From NCBI RefSeq assembly GCF_009914755.1, contig NC_060937.1: a DNA stretch of 64,000 nucleotides; one strand, given 5' to 3'. Source of the DNA: the human T2T-CHM13v2.0 reference genome, Homo sapiens. The first letter of the stretch is position 1, and each line of letters begins with the position of its first letter. The notes beneath the pieces were generated by a model that made no database searches, was not told the DNA's origin, and was given only the letters and a program-made list of their open reading frames with translations. Of this stretch, positions 54,882-64,000 are shown piece by piece. The position numbers and the translations under genes were made by a program.

Positions 54882-57800
54882 TAAAACAATTACAATAGTA
54901 ACATCAGGATCACTTATCATAGTTCACCATAACAGTTACAATAATAGTGAAAAGTTTAAAATATTATGAGAATTACCAAAATGTGACAGAGACATGAAGT
55001 GTGTGCATGCACTTGAAAAAATGACACTCACAGACTTGCTCGACTCAAGGTTGCTGCAAACATTCAATTTGTAAAAGTGCAATATTTGCAAAGTACAATA
55101 AAGCAAAGCACAATCAAAGGATGTATACCTATATTTTTGTTACACGATAGCAAAGAAATTATTACAAAGATCTGTAAAATCTTATGTAAGTTTTGGACTT
55201 GTACCTATAAAAATTATTGTTATATGATCACACTATAAAAATAAAACACAAAATTTAAGATTTAAATATTAAGTTTTAAACAATATTTCAGTCAAAATAT
55301 CCTTTTTATTTGGTCTTTAAAGATGGATGCATGCGATTTGTTGCAACAAACCAATACTCTTTACAGACTTACATAGACCTGGTTCATGACGACTTCAATA
55401 TAATTGATGAGAAGGGGAGCTAGAAATCTCTGGTAAAATGGTATGCTGCTGATTTATCATTTGGATTGTACGGAAATTAGTATGCCCACATTGTGTTCTT
55501 CATTTCTATTCAATGACACTGAGAAGCAATGTAAAGAAGATAGTCAAAATCACAATTGCTTATAATGAGGAAAAATAATTATCAGTCTAGTCCATAAAAT
55601 TTCAACAGTCGCTGGCAGCAATAGTCACCTCAGTAGTCAATGAGCCAGCATAGAGACCATGTATGAAGATATCATATAATTATAAAATGTGTGTCAGGCA
55701 TAAATAATAAATTAAACTTTGTTGATGACTTTTTCTAAGTATAGGTATTTGATATAATTCTATCCTGAAGTCTATTATCTTATTCTTAATTTTTTTCTAA
55801 TTCTATTTCTTCTGTTCTTTCATACCTTTTATCATTTTATTAACATATTTACTCATTTACAATAAAGTTAACATTTTAAAATCTGTTCTGTGAGATATGT
55901 TTCCAGCATGCTCTCATATTCTGTAGGAAAGCAACTCTGTCCCTCTATTTTTGTTATAAACACATTTTATGGGCTTTGACCACAATACTGTTGTTGTTCA
56001 TTTTTTCCTGTAAAAATAACATTCCTGAGTGTTCAGAATGAAGAATTTTCAAAATAGCCTTTCTAGTTTTACAGAGTACCCTCTTCTGTCATTTAAAAAA
56101 ATATTGTTCTGAAAAATATTTAGTAACTTGGCTTTTCAGATTCCCTGGCTTTATTATCCTCCTCCACTTTTTTTTCTTGTCTTACTCTTCCCTTCATTTC
56201 CATGCTCCCTGTCATGCTCAATTATTTTTCTGCCCACTACTTTCTCTTTACTCTGGATTCCTGTGCTGAAACAGAGTTTCAGCAGCACAATTCAAGAGAT
56301 GACAGGAGCTAGACTGCTTCCGCTTCATTTGTCCCCATTGCAAACTCTACTTTCTGATGTTATTGGAATGGACAAAACTAGTACTGATTCCACATTTTGG
56401 GGTTTCCTGTTTTCTGGTCTATCAGGGACTCTTAAACTTCCCTCTGCTCTGCTTTGTGTAGACATAGATAACATGCATATCTTTCAGCTACATGTTCCAA
56501 CATGCTCTTTTGGGGAGTTACTTTAGATGACTGGTCACCAAATTTAATGTTAACACTGCCTTGGAATCCATGTTTTGCTACTTGCTTAATCACTTTGTTT
56601 TTAAGACAGGGTTTGCAGAGAGTAAAACCTGTGCTGAAGATATTGCCACTATCTTCCCAGAAGCTACTCGTTATTTCTTTTTTTAATTTAATACAATTAT
56701 TTGGGGGATTGTTTTTCTATTAAACTATTAACTAAATCATTTTGGGTGGTTAGTAAATGTAAAAATTTTTCCATAAATCTCTATTAAACAATATGAGCAT
56801 TTTAATGTATCTATGAATGTATATATGTATTCAATTATGTATGTCATTTGTGTTTTTCTCATCATATTTTTGTTATTTGATTATAGCTCTACTAGAACAT
56901 AAAATACTTATTCAATAACTCAACTTTTAATAAATAATGAAGTAGATAATATTTACTTTTTTATTTTAAATTTCATTTGCAAGAGTGTCCTTTTTACATT
57001 AAATAATAATTTTGTCTCAATTAGAATTTAATTAAGAATGTAACTATCTTATTTCTTCATAAAAAATGAATCTTTAACTCACAAAGTGTCATTATAGATG
57101 TTTGTTACTGTTGTTGCTTTTGATTCCATTAATTCCTTCCTTTGCTTCATAAGTCAATTGGTTACACATTATTTTAATCTATTTGTAGTTTCTTAAGCAA
57201 AATATTACATATACTTACGTAATTTTTTATTTTTTACACTACATTTTAAGAGTTCCATAACATTAATTTTAAGCAAATATCTCTTGACTTTTTATTTTTG
57301 TTTGCAAATATTAACACATGTAAAAAATAAATAGAACTAAGACTATATGAACGTATTTTTTGAAAAATGTTAAATTCAAATAATATCAAACCCAGTTCGT
57401 GAATTGTAGAAAATTAATGAATGATGCCAAATTTTTAGCTATTTTGGCAAGCATACACTGTGATATGAAATAGTGCTTATACATAAGAAGCACTTGTAAG
57501 TGGACAAAAATAAGTCAATTTAAAAAATACTGTATTTATGGAATGCCAAAAAAGCAGATGACTTTTTTTTCCTTTTTCAGGTGCCTCTATGAGGTAATGA
57601 GCCCACAGTAAATTCACTGTTATTCTCCTGTGAAATTGACACTGCTCATCTTAAATACTGCTTAAAAAAGTCTACCAAAGCTTGCATAAATTACAGTCTT
57701 ACTGTTTGAAGATATGAAATTAGAACTTAGGAATTCCTCAAATTTAATTTTAAACTCAATGCTCCCAGATGCACATCTTTCTGAACAGTCCATTAATCAG

Positions 57801-59094
57801 AATAGCTAGACACTATTCATCATAGTTCAGTGTAACAATTCTTTCATATGCTCCAATCTTTGTTGGGCTATACATTTTGAAAATTGCTTACTCTTGGGCA
57901 TTTCCTCCATTTGAAGATAAAATATCATGCCATCAACCTAAAACCTCTTCTATAATGATCTGAAATGTACTTTTCATTTTTTAAAACATTCTGGCATGCT
58001 GACAAGATCAAATATTAAGCATTTGAATCATCACTGGCTTGAAAGATTTTATTATTAAAACATGCTTTCATCATTAGAAAATTCATTCAGATACATGGAA
58101 AAGAAAAAGATTTCTCATAATAGAAGAATACTGATGATACAGTAAAGATTGCATGTGAGAATTCTACTTGCTGTGACCCTTATGAGGCTTCAAAAGTCAC
58201 ATGAAGAAGGCAGAAACCATTATGCAATCAGAAACGCAGGGGCAGATACCCCACTAACTACGTAACTTCCCCATTCTAATAGAGAAACTTTTGTTGTATT
58301 ATATCTTCTCTTATGTCCAATCATGTTTGTTACCTCCATTCCTTTAACAACCCAAAGTCCGGCGAAAAAATGAGACTAATAGTGAAAATCCTTACTTTGT
58401 ATCTTGCAACAACATTTGTTAATAAAACTAGGACCACCTTCATCTCTGGTGACAAGCTGCATTTTGCCCCACAGACCCCTGACACGGAGCACTAGACAAT
58501 GCAAATATACATATTAATTCTAGAAAATGTATGTGGTTTTTATGTCTCTGCACCACTGGCTTTTGTTTCTCCATCAGCTGCATCTGATTATCCAAGCCTC
58601 AATTCATTACCATAGCTGCAAGGGAGCCTTGGTAACCAGCATTCAACTTGTAAATTAAAATTCATTACCTGCTTCAAAAATAGAGAATTCCTGAAGCATA
58701 GACAGACAATTTGGATACCATGCAGGTACCAAGGATAGCAATCATAAGCCATTTAAAAAGTGTTTCTATTTATGTCAACAGTTATTTTTGCAAGCAGTAT
58801 ACAGCAGTCATATTATAGGTGTCCTTTATATAAACACTGGACTCAAGGAAGTTTTGCTTGTTTTTTGTTTGTTCTTAATGTTTTATGTGAACATGAAGGT
58901 AGGCTGATATAGTGAAATTCTTATAATTCTTTTTCTTATTATGGAACACACAATATGGAACACATAATAAATAAAAATAATGGTAGGTCACACTTTGGGG
59001 TGGTCTGCTGATTATTGGTGCTCCAGATTCAGCCCAGATGTCCCACTGTCCAAAGTTAATCAACAACTTGGCTCACCTGTCACCTAGTCATAGC

Positions 59095-59320
59095 ATTTCA
59101 CTTAGGAAGCTGTATTTATCTTTTGTGAATCATTTAATCAGTTGGATCTCATTTTCCTGTTTTCTAAAATGGGATTAAAATGCGTAAATATACATATATA
59201 TATATATATAGCTTAAGGAAATAAATATAAGGGTATCAAAATAAGTAGATATTGACTCAAAATAATTAAGATCCCATATAGCACCAAATAAAGTAGTTCA
59301 ATATTAATGTTACTGTTATG
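59095..59320 (+). mobile_element. MIR SINE
   Basis: TCATTTAATC...CTCATTTTCCTGTTTTCTAAAATGGGAT; AAGTAGTTCAATATTAATGTTACTGTT. Confidence 0.55.
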
Positions 59321-59399
59321 TTACTGTGATGAAGTATACCTTCTATTAAGATTGCCTGTGTTGGTTTCAGAAATAGACATAAATAAAGTTGTGGGGTTT

Positions 59400-60270
59400 G
59401 TTTTTTTACTTTTTAATAATTAAAGGAAAAACAGATACATAGAAAAGTTGCAAAAAGAGTACAAAGAGTTTTTATATACTCCACATGCAGTTTTCCCTAT
59501 TATTAACATTTTATATGAGTATGGTACATTTGTAATAATTAATGAACAAATATGTATGCATTATTTTTACAAATGCTCATACCATCTTCAGATTTTCTTA
59601 GTTTTTTATATAGTATTTCATAATTTCTTTCTTCTTGTCTGATATAGTTAATATGTATTGTTTATTCTGATCTGTATGAATTCTCATAAAATATGCAGTG
59701 TTCTTTAAATAAATGAATTTTTAATTGTATAAGTTATACTCTGCTATATTATTTTCTTACTTTTATCACTGGTAATTTTTAAGGTAAGACTTAGCATTGT
59801 GCTGTTACTTCTGTTACATTCATATATAATTTTACTTACCTGTTTCCCCTGTGATGAATAAATACACAGCCTTCACTCCCTGCTACCTCCAAAAAAACCA
59901 AACCAAACAAAAACAAATAAACAATAAGAGTGAACATCATTATATTGTATTATGGATTTGTTTGAGAATTTACCTGAAACACGTACAAAAGTGAGATTTC
60001 AGACTTAGAAATTTTCCTTCTGCTTACATTGACTAAGGTCTTCCAGGCACTGTCTAGAATGGTTTCTCTATAGTACACTACTACAAGCACTTTTTATATT
60101 CCAGGTAACAATTGGCACTATCTATCAAATTAGGAAAGTTTCTTTTTATTACAAAATATATCAAATGCTTAAAAATAATGAAACATTTGATAATTTTTTT
60201 CTATTTTGGGTCAATAACAGAGTTAATTACATTGATTGGTTTTCTACAGCTTAACCATCTTTGCATTCTT
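59400..60270 (-). mobile_element. L1MB/MC and L1ME 3' fragments
   Basis: AGAAAAGTTGCAAAAAGAGTACAAAGAGTT...ATGGTACATTTGTAATAATTAATGAAC. Confidence 0.6.
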
Positions 60271-60271
60271 C

Positions 60272-60725
60272 TGTAACAAAATTCTAAAATGACACCCCAG
60301 CTTCCTACGACCTGTAAACATGCCCTTTATACACCCCTCAACTGTATATAGGTAGGACATGATAGATTTTTACTTCCATGATTAGGTTACATTATACTAC
60401 TAATGGAAAGGAATTTTGACATAATTAAATTCTCTAATTAGTTTACTTTAAGTTAGGGGATTATCTTGGGAGTATTTGAATTAATCAGTTGGGAGGGATT
60501 ATCTTTGGCTGACCTGACTAGATCAGTTGGAAGTCTTTAAAAGAGGGCTTAGGCTCTCCGTAGAGACAGTGACTCTCCACTGTGGCAGAGATGTCTCCTT
60601 GCACTTGTGTGGTTCTATACTGCTCCTGATATTCTCTCCTGTATAGCCTGCCCTGTGCACTTCTGACATGTTTAGTCACCTTGCTCCCTTCATTTTGAAA
60701 GCCTGTTTCCTGTTATAAGTAATAA
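60272..60725 (+). mobile_element. MLT1E/F-like MaLR LTR
   Basis: AATTCTAAAATGACACCCC...TTCCATGATTAGGTTACATTAT...GGGATTATCTTGGG...TAGCCTGCCCTGT. Confidence 0.65.
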
Positions 60726-62619
60726 ATGTATAAGTATTAAATAAATAAATAAATATTAGCTGGTTTTGTAAGTACATGTGAAACTATTCAAATTTTCTAA
60801 AATTAACAAAAATTTTACTAAGTTGTTGAATATGTATTTATTCTCAAAGATATTAGTATGGGTAAGCCACTGATACAGTACTTTCTTAAATGTATGCTTA
60901 TTTCCCCTTTGGATCTTGTTTCATATTTTGCATTCAAAGTTCCTACCACATGAACCAATAAGCATTTTAAGCATATGGTTTCTTTCTCATTTGTGTTATT
61001 TTATTCACAATGTCAAAATAGTGAATATCAAATCCATTCATAATTAAGTTAAATAAACTTATTTTATTATAAGTAAAAGTAAACAATCCATTTTGAAACT
61101 CTTTTCAGTGTTTTCTCAGCATATTTTTACAAGATGTCAGACAAATTGTCATGGAAAATGACAAGTACTTGAAAACTGTGACTGATAAAGGAACACACAC
61201 ACAGAGATATACAAGAATGGTGATAATGCGTAAGATTTCTAGATTTTCATATTTAAATGGTTACATATTATAGAAAATGATTAAGCATTGTCTCTTGTTT
61301 ATGTCCTATACTTATGTTCTTATATTCTATACATGATAATAAAACATTTTAAACACTTTTATATACATAAACTTGGAGATGTATGTTTTCACATTGCTTA
61401 TTTAAACACCAGGTTTAATTATTTACTTTTAATAGTTTATTTCATTTGGCTTCTTTTTAGTATTAAGTTAGTATTTAGTATTAAGTTAGCCCAGTGGCTA
61501 TTTGCTAGTCTTAATAAAATTATGAATGAAAAAATGAATCTTTACTAGCCATACGCCTTTGCATATTTATGAGAGATTAATAAGAAAATAAATGTACGAT
61601 TTTACTTGGGATTTTTATTTATTTTATTTACATCTTTAGAGAGAGTCTGCTGAGAAATAATTTAGGGAATCATAGGTAGAGATAAAAAGATGTTGCATAA
61701 TAAAATTGTTGATATGTATTTTATAGTATATTTCTTTTGTAGATACAGTTTTCATTAACTCCCTTTAAACTTGTTTATTTCTTTTAAACAATTTGCTGTC
61801 TAGGAAAGTATAAAATAAAATTATTAGTTCTCTGTGTTCAGATGCTTACTTAATGTGCTATGCATTCCCATATAGCCTTTCCCTAGGCTGTTTATTATAG
61901 CACCAGCAGATGAATTTTAGATGTCAGTTAATGATGCAAGAAGGGTCACAGTGATGATTTTTATTGGAAAATGGGATAGCCTAAGAAAATGAAAATCTAA
62001 ATATATCCAATTTATATGGAATAGTTAAATAACTTCTTAAACTTTGTTCAAATGTTAAAGACTGCAGCAATTGCAGATTTCAATGAATACTTCATTATGA
62101 GCTTCCAGCACACACTCTCACATGTGTTTTTCCTGTTTGCCTATATTTTCTGCATCGATTTTGTTTTGAACAGTAGAAGTCTTTGGAAACCACTCTGAGA
62201 TATAATATTGAAGAGACAAACTAAGAACTAGTTTATAACTATGAATGCATAACCAGAAGACAGTTTAGCATTAGCCAATAAAGTCTCAGTTGTAAACTAA
62301 CATCCTGAACCCCCAAAATTAGAGCCACAGTTAACCCTACAGGAAAGGTCAATATCAAACACATACTAAGATTGAGAAGTATTTTTTTTCTTTTAACTCT
62401 AGCTTTGGCATATATAAATATTAAGTTTACTAATTAAAACATAATTTAAATATAATGCTACATTTATGGAGAAATGCATAATTTTGACTGGTAATTCACA
62501 TTCTTATCAGTAGATGGTTGCTATCACTTAAATCACACCTGAGAATCAGAATGTATACCAAAAAGAGAGAAGGGAGATGATACTTCAGAGTATATCTTAT
62601 GTGATATATGTTCTACATA

Positions 62620-62790
62620 AAATTATTATTCACAATCAGTCTGAGATGTAGTCATCATTCTCAACATTTTAGATGAGGTAACAGAGACTTGAAGATGGTG
62701 ATTAACTTTTACAAATGTAAGGGTTGATTTGAACCCTGTTACATATGACTTCAAGGCCTGGGATCTTCTGACATGCTACTCTGCCTTCTA
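62620..62790 (-). mobile_element. MIR SINE
   Basis: CATTTTAGATGAGGTAACAGAGACTT...GATTTGAACCC...TGACTTCAAGGCC. Confidence 0.75.
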
Positions 62791-62849
62791 AAACAAGATG
62801 ACTTAAGGTCAAAAGTATGCAACTGTATGTGTATATGTGTGTGTGTATT

Positions 62850-63140
62850 TTTTCTAAACTCTGTTTATATATATTTCACATATGGTAAAACACCTGTGGC
62901 TTGAATGTCTACATCTTTTAAAAATTTTGACAAATTCATACGCCCAGATAACCACCAACAAAATTAAGTCATAAAATACTTTCATTACTCCAAAATATTT
63001 CTTTCTCCTTCTTTTTCAATTAATTCCTCAACTTACAGAGCTAGGCACACCCTGAATATTATGGTTAAATAAGTGTTGTGTCTTCTAGCATTACATCTAC
63101 AGAGATTGTACAATAGGTATAATTTGTGTCCAGTATCTAA
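62850..63140 (-). mobile_element. L1ME 3' fragment
   Basis: TTTTGACAAATTCATACGCCCAGATAACCACCAACAAAATTAAG...TTTCATTACTCCAAAA. Confidence 0.6.
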
Positions 63141-64000
63141 TCAAATGCTATTGTAAAGGCAAAAAGCAGGAGGATGTGATCTCTAACCAAAAAATAACAC
63201 AAACAGCAAATTAAAACAGACCCACAGATCTGTATAACACAGATGATAGAATTATGGAACTAGCAGACAAGAATTTTTACTGTATAAGAATTTGTAATGC
63301 ATCTGGTAGATTATGGGAATGCTATGATTTCCTGTCTTAGATCTTTAAACAAGTCAATGCTAGAAAAACTGGTGCTGTTAGGCCATTTTCCAGTCTTTTA
63401 AAAAAATATAAGAGAACAGGCTATAATTTGAAAAAATGCAAATTAACAGGAATATCCAACAGTTACAATATTTATATACTTGCAATTTTACTAAAATTGA
63501 CTTTTCTTCTTTATCAATTTATATTTCCTGCCTACAAATTATATGTACTGCCCACAAGAAAATAATTTTGTTACTAATCTAAAAACACGTTTGTTTATAT
63601 AAATATTTCATGTAAGGGGGATACAATAGTAGATATAAAATTTGAAAGTTACAGATCACTAAACAAATGTGCACTTACATTAGTATTTCTTTTTATTCTG
63701 AGCTCCACGCAGTCAGTTAATTTTGCATGAAAAATAATTCTTCTTTCAAATAATCGATTGTGGCTACTTTTCATTTTTAAAATTTATTTTTAAAAATTCA
63801 GACTTCGGTAATAAAAAAGTTATCAATCTAATGTTTCATGTTCTTTAAATTTACTGCACCATTATTTTGGAATACAATTAAGTCACTATTAAATAATTAT
63901 GAATTTTAAAATTTCATTTGAAATAGCTTTTTTCAAATTAAATACCAATCTAACTAAAATATTTTCCATTGATCTATACATTAAGATCACAATAATATTT

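Noticed and set aside
56264-56284. 9-bp hairpin TGCTGAAAC-AGA-GTTTCAGCA and surrounding 132-aa ORF
   Set aside because: Too short for a pre-miRNA and plausible by chance; the ORF has a non-ATG start and low-complexity hydrophobic composition

Overview
AT-rich, CpG-poor primate (human or great-ape-like) genomic DNA, mostly a layered mosaic of interspersed repeats: L1 fragments of several ages, about 10 Alu/FRAM copies, solo MaLR and ERV1 LTRs, DNA transposons (a near full-length Tigger1, Tigger2a, MER2, MER5, MER58) and MIRs. I can support no host protein-coding gene, RNA gene or CRISPR array. The long ORFs come from L1 ORF2, Tigger1 transposase, Alu or a microsatellite. I did not find a convincing undescribed biological system. 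The most informative signals are mechanistic: a twin-primed young L1PA with a short 3' transduction inside Tigger1, a second twin-primed L1 truncated at nearly the same ORF2 position, an AluY-in-AluY-in-LTR nest, THE1 LTRs retaining the DUX4 motif, repeats born inside transposons, and a few weak non-coding exon candidates. Subfamily names are from recall of consensus sequences, and boundaries of old elements are approximate (tens of bp).
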